From: Callorhinchus milii | Lineage: Eukaryota | Assembly: GCF_018977255.1 (NCBI RefSeq) | Contig: NW_024704742.1 | Span: 36,644,001-36,708,000 of the forward strand | DNA length: 64,000 bases | Direction of reading: 5' to 3' | Shown here: positions 1 to 12,180 of the stretch, piece after piece | How the letters are laid out: the number at the start of each line of letters is the position of its first letter | Position numbering within the stretch: position 1 is the first letter of the stretch | Made by a program: the position numbers and the translations under genes | The notes under the pieces: generated by a model | What the model saw: the letters and a program-made list of their open reading frames with translations, nothing else | The model's database searches: none | What the model was told of the DNA's origin: nothing

Positions 1-970
1 GCCCAAGCGCACATTAATTGCAGCAGTTTAAAGACCTGGATTACGTCCTCCCTCAATTTTATTTTCTCCATTAAAAATCAGTCCAGTCTGTAAGTCTCTC
101 CTCCTTACTTAGTGACCTAAGGTCAGCTTGCCTATAAAATACATCACTGCAGTGTGAAGTGCGTTGAGACATTTTGACATGATTTTAATATATCAAGTAT
201 AAGCATTTATGATACTGCGCCAGACAGAGTATTTTCTGTTTATCATCACCTTCTGCTACATATGCAACATATCTTGGGTGGACCTAAATAGGTTCAATTA
301 TAAAATATATCAACCCTAACAATGAATTAGAAGGACACTCTCTGCATTAAGATGTCTGGAGTCTGCAGTTGCCTCTTAACAGAGTGGACTTGCTTTAGTT
401 CTTTTTAAAATGGTAACAGAACCATAGACATTGTGTTGCTGTACATTAATCTGAAATGGCCGGATGCAATTCTTGCTTGACAGTGATAAAGGACTTTTAG
501 AAATTGCCGTAATTTCAACAAGACTACAAAGAACACCTGGGTGGACATTGTTGCTCCATGTTCCCTTCATATATAAGAGGACCAATGTTCTAAGTCACAG
601 CGCACTTTTGGGAAGTAGTAAGTAATAGAGCACTCTTTGTATTCCTGTTAAAAGATGACAATCATAACTGTCCCTACACATCTCACAAGCATTAAAGATA
701 AAATTGCACCACGGGACTATTTCATTGACGTTGCAGTGAATGTGCACTTACATCAACTGTCAGTGTATTTTTAGCTGCTCAGTTGAACCCTGCTACTGCC
801 ACAGTAAGCTCTATATTCAAACTCAACTGCCCCAAATGGTGTGTAATTGTTTCACGCTGTTTGTGCAAGTGAGCCTCGGTGAGCTAATTAGCTAAACCTT
901 GCCATCCTGTGTAAATCAATCATATTGAAGCTTCCTTCCTAATTGCGGAAACAAAAAACAACATTTTCCC

Positions 971-1030
971 TGTGTGTGTGTGTGTGGTACATTGTGAAAA
1001 ACTAAATCAAAACACTCTCTCTCTCTGTCT
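971..1030. repeat. Short (GT)n and (CT)n microsatellites
   Basis: tgtgtgtgtgtgtg at ~971-985 and ctctctctctct at ~1015-1030. Confidence 0.85.
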
Positions 1031-1337
1031 CGCTCTGACACATCGGGACAGAGTAATAAACTGAAAATCAAGGCAATAGATATCACTATGGATCCTGAGG
1101 TTCTTGTTGAAAAACAGGATGGATTATTTGAAGAACATTTGTCTTTTTGTCATCTTTATCTGGTGGAGATTTTATTGATGTATTGACATACAGGATTTGG
1201 TTTCTAGATTCTCAAATATTTTTTTCAACAGAATTTAGAGCATTTCCTTGCACCGTGTTCCCAGTGTTTGATGTTTATCGAACCCCATCGAAGTTTGATC
1301 AAGATTGCACATGTTAAGTCATTTTAAAGCATTTGAA

Positions 1338-1541
1338 ATCGAGAAGATACAGAGAAGGGCACCCAAAATGACTGAGGGAATGGAAGAACTGGACTATGAC
1401 GAACGGCTAAGTAAATTGGGCATATTCACGCTGGAAAAAAGATTGAGAGGCGACATGTTTGCTGTCTTTAAGATTCTAAAGGGGCAAGACAATATAGATC
1501 ATGACAGACTGTTCCAACTTGTCCAGAATAGAAAAAACAGA
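1338..1541 (+). mobile_element. CR1 LINE fragment (ORF2 C-terminus)
   Basis: Translation IEKIQRRAPKM...DYDERLSKLGIFTLEKRLRGDMFAVFKILKG matches the characteristic CR1 ORF2 end; followed by a short L2-type tail (ggcgctatattgtgcaagttgttgtt, ~1542-1571). Confidence 0.9.
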
Positions 1542-1571
1542 GGGCGCTATATTGTGCAAGTTGTTGTTGTT

Positions 1572-1768
1572 ATTGTTTTTTTTAAGGAATTATTACCTCC
1601 GGAAAAGTGATCTTCCAATCAATTAACAACTGAGTTCCTACTTACTGCTGGATAAACAGAAGCATGTGGAGCAACGAAACTTGCCCAACATTTTGCTCTG
1701 CTGAGAATGAAACCCAGGTCCTTTGTTTGCAAGCTGAGTACTCTAACCATTGAGCTACAGGACTCCAC
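1572..1768 (-). mobile_element. tRNA(Ala-like)-head SINE, family A long variant, 5' half
   Basis: Reverse complement begins gtggagtcctgtagctcaatggttagag (A box), then a B-box-like segment and the central cagcagtaagtaggaac module; aligns with the 21782 copy. Confidence 0.9.
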
Positions 1769-1969
1769 ATGCATCTGTTTCACTGGCCTTGTGGTATTCC
1801 CTGAGAACAAATGTATTACTCATTGACTGTTCTTTACAGGTATTAATAATAATCATTGCATTTGATAACTTCAAGAAACATAAATAAATGAAAGATATGC
1901 ATCAATTTCTGAAGTGGTAATGATTATTGAAATGAGTCATTAGACAACTATGAATATAGGAAAGTTTGA

Positions 1970-2257
1970 AATAATAATAATCATTGCATTTGATAGAGCG
2001 CCTTATCACATCTTGAAGACGTCTCAAAGCGCTTCACAGAATATATTGTAAAGTGAATTGACTGTATACTTTGTGGCTGAATGTGGCAGCCAATTTTGCA
2101 CAGGAGGGTCCCACAAACAGTCGTGTATTGAAATGACCAATTTATTATTATTATTTTTGGGCAAGGAAACTTGTCCAACATTTCGCCCTTTTGGGAAGCG
2201 ACCCAGGTCTGTTACTTGCAAGGCGAATGCTCTAACCACTGAGCTACAGAACTCCAC
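1970..2257 (-). mobile_element. SINE family A, short variant
   Basis: tRNA-like head at the 2257 end, tgtttgtggga...aattggctgcc body, L2-type tail ending in (ATT)n. Confidence 0.92.
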
Positions 2258-2344
2258 TATATACAGTAGTCTGATATTAACAGACCTCTATACAGTTTGA
2301 TATAAACAGTGATATCTCTATAACAGAAATATTTTTGCGTAGGA

Positions 2345-2855
2345 GAAACACATGGAAACCTATTGCCATGATCAGCCGGGTGTCTGACCCACATGGAAAT
2401 CCGTCACATTGATCAGACGGTAGTGTGACACACATGGAGACCTGACACTGTGATTGAACAGGGCTGACTGATTAGAGATAACTAATCCCGTCACTTAGTT
2501 TTACTACTAAAAATAAAAATAATATTCAGCAGTTGTGGCATAATTTTATTCATGTTGTCTAATTACATTTCACTAATGAGGTGCTTATATTCTGCGATCC
2601 ACAACCCTTTAACCCAATCTCCGGGGAGAGAGTGCGCATTCCATTCCAATAAATATCTCTGGAATTTCCATGTGTTGGTGGGATGCTATGGAACTCTGTT
2701 TGGTTTGGATATTGTTAAGCATAGTGAAGGGTTTCCACATGTTTCAGATACTCGGCTGAACCCCAAAAATACATGTATGGAAGTCTCAGTCTGCTTTAGA
2801 TACTCTTAAGCATGGATTTCCGCATATGTCGGTCACCTGGCTGACCCAAACCCCT
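2345..2855. repeat. 41-bp-period degenerate tandem array plus inverted copies of the same unit
   Basis: cacatgga at 2349, 2390, 2431; tgatcag/tgattga at 2369, 2410, 2451; reverse-complement units at ~2665, 2730-2759, 2814-2844. Confidence 0.8.
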
Positions 2856-4079
2856 CTTGGTTTGGCTGGAGAAATCAGGCTGCCTTTCCAATTCTGATCA
2901 TTCCAGCTACATATGTTTAAATATTAGGTGATGACAGGATCAGATTTGTTGATCTCGGCATTTAATAATGTACTTGCATTCACTATAAAAGCTCAGACTG
3001 GAATAATGGCTGAACGAACAAGATATCAAAGGGCAATAAGTACCAGTCGAACTGGGCAACAAGTAAAAAGTGCAAAAAAAGAGTGAATGCTTTCAACACG
3101 AGAGAGAATTGTCACTGTAGGTCAAACTACATAGCTATCATTGCCTTATACGAGTGAATGATTCCACTGAAGGTGTCAATTGTTAATGCTCTTGTCATCA
3201 GTTCACTCAAACGTTAGATGTAATGGGTAAGGATGTCTCCATTCTGTTATTACTGCCTCATCTTTAGAAAGAGCACAAATTAACGTTGACATCGCTTCTG
3301 AAAGGTTGACCTTTACCTTGGACCCTTTCTCGTATTTGACTCATTTTCTTCGAGCGAAATAGCAAGTGCAAAATAATTTATTACCAATTAATCCTTACAG
3401 TTGAAGGTTTATTTCGTAAAACACGTTCAATGATGTGGTAGGCTTCCTGGGCAAACATTTTAGCCACCAAAAAATAATGAAGCTCTTATGCTTATCTCTT
3501 CGTTTCTTCTTTTTTTGAATGATTCCTTGGTAAATTAAATCTTTCATCAACAGACTCCCTTTTCACTCTGTGGTCACAGTCTGGAGCTGTGTCAGGAGTG
3601 ACAAAGCGTGTGTGGAGGTTTGTTCTTGTTTAGATGCATTTTTCTGAGGGTCTGAGAAAGACAGAAGGGACCTGTAAAAGACCCGGAAATATAGTTTAAT
3701 ATCTGGTCCTGAACCTTGTTGCCTGGCCTAGTCCTATTATCCTCTTGTTAGCTGGCCTGATCTTGTCCTTTTCCCCCACCTCTAGCTGGCCCAATCTGTT
3801 CTCATGTCTTATTTTCTTGCTGAAATTGTTAATAATCAGTGTTTTATTTTTCAGTCAGTGTTTGTTTCACGGTTCACTTCAAACCTCTTGTATAATAATT
3901 TGCACATGAGTACACACATCTCTTTCACCTAGCAGCTTCTGAAATACGTTCTCCCACCTTATCTCTCAGCACTAATAACCATGAATACTAAACAGGAGCT
4001 CTGTTACTCGGGCTCACTCTCTTACAGATCAAATATAATTACATACAAGAACAGCAACTGGGTATTAGAAACCTCTTGG

Positions 4080-4495
4080 TGAGCCCACCATCCCTATCCT
4101 TGCCAGTTTCTACAGTGGATCGACTTTAAGTTCCTTTTTCTAACTTTCAAATATCTCTATACCCTTGTCCCTCTCAACCTCAGCAATGTCCTACTGTCTA
4201 GTTTTCCACCCACTCTCTCTGCTCTGTTGACTCATCCCTGCTTCACCTTCCCTGCCTCCTTTGCCTCACATCATTCGGTGAACTTTAACCAGATTGCACC
4301 CACTCACTCTCTGAATCACTTTGTCTTGTACCCTCTCTCTTTCTCTGCTTTCAAACCTTCCCTAAAATTCTAGCTCTTTCACGGTCTTCAGTCACCTCCC
4401 TCCCACAACACCTTTCCCACTCCATCTCTGTGAAGCACGAGCATGTTTCCCTCCATGAAAGGTGCTGTGTAAGTACTGTATAATTAGGTGTTGTC
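4080..4495 (+). mobile_element. Old L2 LINE 3' fragment
   Basis: Pyrimidine-rich body ending ctgtgaagcac...atgaaaggtgctgtgtaagt, similar to the 3' end of the 24560-27093 element. Confidence 0.6.
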
Positions 4496-5509
4496 AATGA
4501 TTTGTCTCCTTGGATTCTTTCTGAAACAGATCATTGCCAACATTTACATCATGTTAGCAATTACATTTAAATGCTGGAAATCCAAATGACGGTGCTGACT
4601 AGACTCCAGAAAATGTCTTTGAGGTTAAGGAAACCAGATACTCTGAAATTCGAGTTAACCATGTCAAAAGCCATCTAGCAGATTTCTAAATGGAAATTGT
4701 GTGACTTAGATTCTTCTTTAGTCTACCACAGCATCACTATCAGTACTATTGTATTGCCTTCATATAGCTACAAAGAAAAAGAACTTGGATGATCCCAAAA
4801 GTAAGAATCTTACAGAAAGTTGTTAATTTATGGACAGTGAATATTTGTGACAAATTGAATTTCAACTTTTGCAGTTAAATTGGGTTGAATGGTGGCTGTT
4901 TAAATACTCAGAGGCGCTACCCTGTGTGAAGGCCGCTATACAAATGCAAGTTGTTGTTTTTAGCAAATGCATCTTTATTGTAATTGGTGATATATAGATA
5001 GACTGTAGTATTCATTTTAATATAAATCTACTGGTGGGTGTCACAATTTCAGCATATGAGCGTAAAGAGAGGAAACAGAGTACCCGTAGAACAAGGGCAT
5101 ATATTTGTCTACATCTCTCTGTCTGTACCCTATGTAAAAACAAATATTTCCTGGTATCTGTCCTGAAATTGCCCTTTGCAAACCTAAACCTTTCCTGCTG
5201 TCTTGGTGCATCTGGAAGAATGGATGAAAGCAGAATAATGCTTCTAATTTGCTCTAATAAGGTACTTTAACCCCAACTGAGAAAACGTTACCAGTGTGAA
5301 CTTTACTATTTCCACACAAGCTACTTTATATTCTCTTTGAGTAAGATTGCCAATTACTTCCAGACAATTGGGTAGTTTAATATGTTTTGACTGTGCTCAA
5401 CAGGAGCTGTATTGAGAGAGCATTCAAAGGAATTTTGGAAAAGAACGTTTACAACAAAGAAGGAGGTTATTCAGATCATTGTTTCTATGACTATGCTCGG
5501 CTCCTGACT

Positions 5510-5795
5510 GATCTAATCCCATTCATTCCTTTTCTCTTTCCCAGGACTGTATTTCATAATATCCAATTTCATTATTTATTCCATCTCTCTTTAACACTGC
5601 TGGAGACTCTGCTTCAACATCATATGTGGCAAAGCGTTTCAAATTCTAACAACTCACTATGTAGAAAAACAGTCCTTCTAACCTTCTCCCCTTTTCTGGT
5701 GAAATCCTCAAACTTGAGCCCCAAACTCATTTTAGTACAACCAGTAAAGTGGGGAGACTTCATCCCTTTGGGTTTCACCCTCTGTCTAAAAAGAG
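5510..5795 (-). mobile_element. Degenerate CR1 3' fragment
   Basis: gcgtttcaaattctaacaactcactatgtagaaaaac...aacttgagccc resembles the reverse complement of the CR1 ORF2 end. Confidence 0.55.
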
Positions 5796-6099
5796 AGGAC
5801 AGCGTACTAACCAACTGTACTGCCACGTTTTCTAGTCCTCTGTAGCAGCTATAACTTACTGAGTTAAATGCAGTATTTTTTATTCCACACTTATGAATAA
5901 TGTATTGAAAATTATAGCAAAATAACATAATATTTTGCAATATTATAAATAATATAACACAATGCAACATTGATTTAGCATATTGACGTGGCCATTGTTA
6001 GTGGTAATTGTTTTCAGTATTTACCACTTCCACTTCAATGTGGAAATTACATTGTACAAATTAGTACAGTATGTATTTCAATATCCTCATTTATACTAT

Positions 6100-6375
6100 A
6101 CAATTCCCATTTATCTAGGGCCTTTCATGAAAGGAGGAGGTCTCAAAGCATTTTTTACACAGCTGGCTGGGCACCTGAGCTGGTTGGGTTTGGAGGAAGG
6201 AAAGATGACTGAAAGCCCGATCAAAGAGCTTAAAAATAGAAAGGGGATGAGTTGGGTGGACTCCAAGATGGAGTTCCAGAGAATGGGGGTGGGAGTGGGG
6301 GGAGAGGCCGAATGACTGAAAGCTCATCCACCGATAATGAAAAGGATCGAGCTGAGGAAATGAAGTAGGCCAGTG
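6100..6375 (-). mobile_element. L2 LINE 3' fragment
   Basis: catttatctagggcctttcatg tail and gagttccagag...gactgaaagct segment shared with other L2 copies. Confidence 0.7.
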
Positions 6376-6924
6376 TTTACGGAATAAAGCAGATCAATGT
6401 TTGCTGACATGTGGCAGCTATAAACCTAAAGAGCCTCTTGGTTATTTTAATCCCCATATGACAGGTTGCTCCCATCCAGCACGCGAAAATAAAACTGCAC
6501 AGCTGGGTACATTTGATAAAAGAGGGAGAGTTGCGATGAAATAACTTCATTTGCTTTTTCAAAGAGCCTGTTGGATGCTTCATTTGTTTCACTTTAATGT
6601 ATTCATAGCCAAGAACTCCTATGGCTTTAATTAATATTGTGCATATGACTGAAAAATGAATTTTTAATTCAGTACTGTTGAATTAAAATGATTCGCTGCT
6701 TCCCTGGTGATAATGTCTAAAGAGAGGTAACATTCAAGAATTGATGTGTGGTCTGGGTTGGTTTAAAGCTATGTTAAATGAGGGTCTATATTTTACTGTT
6801 TCTTATTAGATCAATTTAGTTATCTTCACCAATATTTTTCTTCAACTCTTTACGTTTCTGACACCTTAGTGAACATTTTCTTAACCACAAAGAAAATTCA
6901 GCAAGATAACATTGTGCATGATTT

Positions 6925-7013
6925 GGAAGCTCTTTTCAAAGAGCCGGCATAGACAAGATGGGCCGAATGGCCTCTTTCTGTGCTGTATAATTCTATGATT
7001 CTGTGATTCTATG
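6925..7013 (+). mobile_element. CR1-type 3' tail (CR1 LINE or CR1-dependent SINE)
   Basis: gatgggccgaatggcctctttctgtgctg followed by attctatg/attctgtg octamer repeats. Confidence 0.85.
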
Positions 7014-7048
7014 AGGATGCTTTGAGACGTCCTCATGTTATGAAAGGT

Positions 7049-7312
7049 GTAGCTCAGTGATAAGAGCACTCGCCTCGCAAGCAAGAGGACCTGGGTTTGA
7101 TTCCCGGCAGGACGAAACATTGGGCAAGTTTCCTTACTGAACATGCATCTGTTCACCTCGCAGTAAGTAGGAACCCAGTTGTTAGCCAATTGGCGGCGTG
7201 CTTTTATGGGGGTAATAATCCCTTAAAAAAATATATTTTTTATATTTTTTTATATTTCACATATACAAGATGTGATAGAGGGCTATATCAAATGCAAGGA
7301 TTATTTTTATTA
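7049..7312 (+). mobile_element. SINE family A long variant, internally deleted
   Basis: gtagctcagtgataagagcactcgcctcgcaagc head, central module, then a jump to the gctatatcaaatgcaaggattatt tail. Confidence 0.88.
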
Positions 7313-8049
7313 TATAAATGTTATTTTTGTATTGTATCGATAATGATATTGAAATACATTCTGTACAGGGTAATTTTCCCGTGGTAAAGGAAAAGTGGCA
7401 GTCAGAACAAAACACAACATGAAGAATAGTACGTTTTTGGGGGGAAATAATCTTATGATGCGACAATGTTTCAGATAGTTAAATCTGCAACCAATACTGG
7501 TCGATTTAAAAGCTGGAAGATTGATATTAATTTTAAGACAAATCTAAATGATATGCGCCCATTGTATTATAATGTCACTAATTCACATTACTGTATTTAA
7601 GCTGCAGTTAATGGTACATTCTAATATTAGTTTGCTCATGTTGGAAATTTCACTTAATTTCCTTTTGAGTGAGTTAGAAGTTTCTAATTTCTTGGAAACA
7701 TTTCAAAGGCTCCATTACATGCTTCCATCAGGAGATCAAATCAATCTGAGAACATTCAGGACAATGAAAATTGTACATGATTTGTTTGAAAGTGTAGGCC
7801 TAATTTCTCATTCCTTCTTATTTTCTTTCTTTCATTTGGATGATGATTTGAGCTCATTTGTTTCCTCCACCCAATTCCACTGTAGTCTAGGGAGGTTCAG
7901 GCCAATTGTAGTGGACACATGTCCTACACTGATGTTAAGACTAACCCAGTTGTCTTAGCACAGACCCAGGCATCAAACTGGACAGCTTCCTTGCTGTATG
8001 AATTAATGCATATTTCAATATACAACATATTCCATATACAACATATATT

Positions 8050-8285
8050 TAACCCATCACTTCGTTCAGACGTTTCAAAGCGCTTCACAAGATATACTGT
8101 AAAGTGGATTGACGGTGTACTTTGTGGACAAAACGCAGCAGCTAATTGTGCACAACAATGTCCCAAACTCNAAAAAAGCCATGGAGTGAGCTATCAAATT
8201 TATTTGAGGAACTATTGGCTGGAAACTCCATTCCACCTGAACAGGTAAATCGGACCACGGTTTAACACCTCATCCGAAACACGGG
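8050..8285 (-). mobile_element. Deu-domain SINE (family B) fragment
   Basis: ccacctgaacagg...ggtttaacacctcatccgaa (Deu-type core) and shared tail; contains one assembly N at 8171. Confidence 0.8.
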
Positions 8286-10089
8286 TGAAACCATTGTGGT
8301 CAAATAGCCTTTCAATGTCTGCTGATGAGGATCAAACATGAATAATTCACAAAGGAACCGCACCCCAGCAGGTCAGTGGCTTCAGGAAAAGAGGAGGACG
8401 AAAAAGTTTTAAAAATTATTTAATTGCATATTTTAATTCTTGATATTAAAATTGAGAATTGATATTCATCCATAAAGCTCCTAACATTTTAACACCTTTA
8501 CAACTGGTGTTTGTTTCAGTCAGGGTTATATTGCCAGCAGGATTCCCCAGGGCACAAACACATTCTTGGATCTGCCAGGGTCTCAGAGGTCATTTGCATA
8601 GTGTCTTGCAGCAACGCAGTGGGTAAGTAAAATTTTGATAAAATGTGAATATTTATAATGGTTTGATCTGGCTGAAAGCACATGGCTTCACCCAAGGAAT
8701 AGAAACCCACTAATATGTAATTGCAAGAATTTCAAATGCTACCAATGAGCCAGTGTCAGGTCACCTGGAACATTTGCTGTCGCTCATCATTTCAATTCCA
8801 GACCTATGCTGTTCCTTGTGTTAACTTGCATTTCTGCCTCATGTCCTCAGAAATAATTGGCTATTTGATTTATGCTGTTGCACCTGCTTATATTTCCAAA
8901 TGTTAATGGCTTTCCTAATAATTTTTTTGCTCATTAAATGAATATCAAGAATGAATCATTATTTGTGACTTTTGTATTTGAGTATTCCTGAAAGGTGCTC
9001 GACTTTGACAGAGTCTGACGTGAGATATCACATCCAACGTTTTTTGAATCTACAATTAAAATCCAAGGAAACGTGAGTTGGGAACGCAATCTGAGATGCT
9101 ATTGTTGGTCGAGTCACCAGACAGATAACCAGTAACCTTTAAGGAGCGTGTTTACCTGCGCCTTTCTGTCAAAAGTAATAAGTACAATCAGGTATTGCAA
9201 GAATTTTAAATGCTACAATTGGGCAGGTCTCAATCTTCTTCTGCCCCCTTTCACGTCAGGGGTGAGAGCAAGAAGTCCGAAGGATTTGCAGTTCCAGTGT
9301 ATTTTATTGTATCAAAATGTAAAGGATTATTTTTTATTTTTGTATGTCATTTTAGTTGTGCTGTTCAAGGTAGGAATTGTCACTGCTGGAACGATAAAAT
9401 TTTCAGTTCAGATATCCAATGTGATCAGGAGTAAGCAGTAAGGATAAATCCGGCTTTCTACTGCAAACCACACTGCCGCTGCAAATGATATTGCTTCACT
9501 TCCAACACTATATATGGGGCATAAAATCCTCCCAATTTCATCAGAAACTGTCACAGAGGCTCACTTTCTTGTTTGGTGAATAAATAAAAAAAGGTAATCT
9601 ACCCCTTCTCTTGACTCATTCAGCGGTACCTTTGAACTGTGTTAAGATACGTCTGGACTAGAAGACAATGACCTTGAGGTGGAACTTTATAGCTTTTCGA
9701 AAAATTGTGCAAGCATGGTTTTATTCAGGGTCCTTTAATATCTTCCCAAAGGGTCTTGTTTTATTGATTTCACACTCGCCTTTTTTTGTGTGGAGTGGAA
9801 TAAAAAGATAGACTAAATGGATGTCCATCCTAACCACTGGGAAATGACATCTTTGGTGAGCTAACTCCCCAAGAAATGGGCCATTTTTTCAAGCAGCATT
9901 ATAACATGGTCTCCGAGACCCAGACAACCACATTATAATGGAGTTACCCTGCACAAGGAGTAAGAAGTGGGTGAACAAAGATAAAGTGAAAAGATACGTT
10001 TTTTAAATGTTTTTAAAAGCATGTCCCAGCACCTTGGGACATCCACCTGATGTGAAAGCTGCTATACAAATGTAATTTATTGTACGTTG

Positions 10090-10500
10090 TGTCAGATGGA
10101 GGGATTTAGAGAGAACAAGGGAGATTTAGGGAGAACAAGGATGAAGCAGCTGAAAGCTTGCGCACCGATAGTTGAATCGAGCAGGCAGGGGACATGGACC
10201 ATTGTTGACAGAGCCAAACGCCTATGGGAGCAGGACCACAGGAGAGCAAAGGCAGGGCGAGGCAAGGAGATGGGGTTATTTCAAAGATAGCACAAGGCTT
10301 TTAAAGTTAGTTTGCTGGGGTTAGGGAGACAGAGAAGCCTGGTGCAGATAGGAGTGATAGGCTTGCAGAACTTGGTTTGTAAAAGGATGTGAGCTGTAGA
10401 GTTCTGGATATTCTGAAACTTGTGGCGGATGGTCTCCAATTTGAAATGGTTTGGTAGGATACACTCTGTGTGATCAGTAACAAGAGGGAAAAACAATTGA
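10090..10500 (-). mobile_element. Old L2 LINE fragment
   Basis: Minus-strand translation QNIQNSTAHILLQTKFCKPITP...LLCLP corresponds to L2 ORF2 (LQ-IQN-AAR...HITP-L--LHWLP). Confidence 0.8.
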
Positions 10501-10507
10501 GAACCAC

Positions 10508-10840
10508 TGGAGTCCTGTAGCGTATCGGTTGACCCGAGTTTGATTCCTGGTCAGGGCGAAAGTTTTAGGCAAGTTTCCTTACTCCACATACCTCTGTTTG
10601 TCTAGCCGTAAATAGGAACCCGGTTGTTAGTCGATTGGCAATAACAATCGCTTAAAAAAGAAATATTAATAATAATAATTGGGTCACTCAATCCTCAACA
10701 GTTTGTGGGACCCTGTTGTGTGCAATTGGTTGCCGTTTCACCCACAGTCAATTTCCCTTTACAGTATATTTCTGTGAGGCTTTGAAGTGTTTCAATGACG
10801 TGATAAGGCGCAGTATCAAATGCAAGTATTATTGCTATTG
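10508..10840 (+). mobile_element. SINE family A long variant (head partly deleted)
   Basis: tggagtcctgtagc start, central module, body and tail. Confidence 0.9.
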
Positions 10841-11056
10841 TTAGAAAAAAAATCCCGATCGAAATTATTTTTAGAAAAAGGATTGTTAGAATATGGAGGT
10901 CCTTACCACAAATGTTGATGCTATGTCATAACAGCATTTCATATTACTTACTATGATTTTATGAATCATAAAATAATTTGCTAAAGCTTACAAACGGTTC
11001 GTCTTGTGCTTATTATAGGAATTTCCATTGAAAGTGTGAAGTGAAAAGTTCACTTA

Positions 11057-11466
11057 TAATAATAATCTTTACATTTAATCCAGCACCTTTCATGACGGGA
11101 GGAGGTCCCAAAGCGCTTCACAGGATAGACTGTAAAGCGCATTGACCGTTTGTTTTGTAAACGAATGCGACAGCTAATTTGTGCATAGCAATGTCCCACA
11201 AACACCCATGAATGAATGACCAAATCTATCTGGGGAATTGTTGGCCAACACTGGGAGAAACTCCCTTTTCGAATAGTGACATAGGATCTTTAATGTCCAC
11301 CTGATCAGGCGGATGGGACCTCATTTTAACATATTATCCACCCCTCCTCCCAGCACTACATTGGAGTGTCAGTTTGGACAATGTGTTCCTAGTCCCCCAG
11401 GGGAACTTGATCCCATAATCTTCTGACTAAGAGATAAGAGTGCCACCAACTGGGCCATGCTGACAC
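11057..11466 (-). mobile_element. Deu-domain SINE (family B), near full length
   Basis: Reverse complement: gtgtcagcatggcccagttggtggcactct head, aggtggacattaaagatcct core, L2-type tail with (ATT)n. Confidence 0.88.
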
Positions 11467-12009
11467 ACTTGCTTTAGGAAACAACAAATCATAAACTTCT
11501 ATATGTCAGTTCTCAGTCAGTCATGTTATCAGGAATAAGAGGAAGCTTGATGCTGTATCACCAAAACCAAAACTAACATCTGAGAAATGTTAGGAGTGAC
11601 ATTTACATGCAACAAGTGTTCCGCAGGTTGCTAGTTTATTTTAATGTCTGAATTTATTTATGTGTTATGAGTAACATTCGTGAAAGTATGATACAATGTA
11701 TTTATTTAAAGAAATTAATCATTGTCATTCCTCATGATGACACTAGGTGGTTGCAATGCACAGGAAGGAAGGGAAGTTTGAGAGAAAAGTCAGCCCATGT
11801 CACCTCTTATCCAAATCCTTTTAGCTGCCAGCAGAGCAGAAATGCCAGAGGCTAGAGAGCAGATTGCCCATGCGTTCTTTTCACTAGGGAAAGCTGATTA
11901 GCAAAGAGATACCTAAATAGTGAAAACAGGAGAGAAGAAAAAGTAAAAATCACAAAAATTGATATCATTGCAGTGGAGTGTAATCCGGTGGTAAAATACA
12001 GATTAAAAT

Positions 12010-12180
12010 ACAAATTTACATTTATACAACACCTTTCACTTCAGGCTGACGTCCCAAGTCACTTAACAATCCTGGCTTGGCACCCGAGCGAGGGGTGGGA
12101 GCCAAGGGTGTGTGGAGAAGAAAGATGCCGAAAGCACAGTCAAAGAGGTAGATCTTCAGGTACCATTTAAAGGTTGTAAG
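12010..12180 (-). mobile_element. L2 3' end fragment
   Basis: catttatacaacacctttcac...gacgtcccaag tail plus purine-rich 3' UTR. Confidence 0.7.

Noticed and set aside
2345..2470. CRISPR-like array
   Set aside because: Eukaryotic context, degenerate units rather than identical repeats with unique spacers, only three units, no cas genes
3398..3480. Minus-strand exon (AKMFAQEAYHIIERVLRNKPST) ending at a GTAAGG donor
   Set aside because: In-frame stop just upstream and no credible acceptor
5387..5970. Overlapping 152- and 116-aa ORFs as exons
   Set aside because: Largely overlap a decayed CR1 fragment; no recognisable protein or good splice pair
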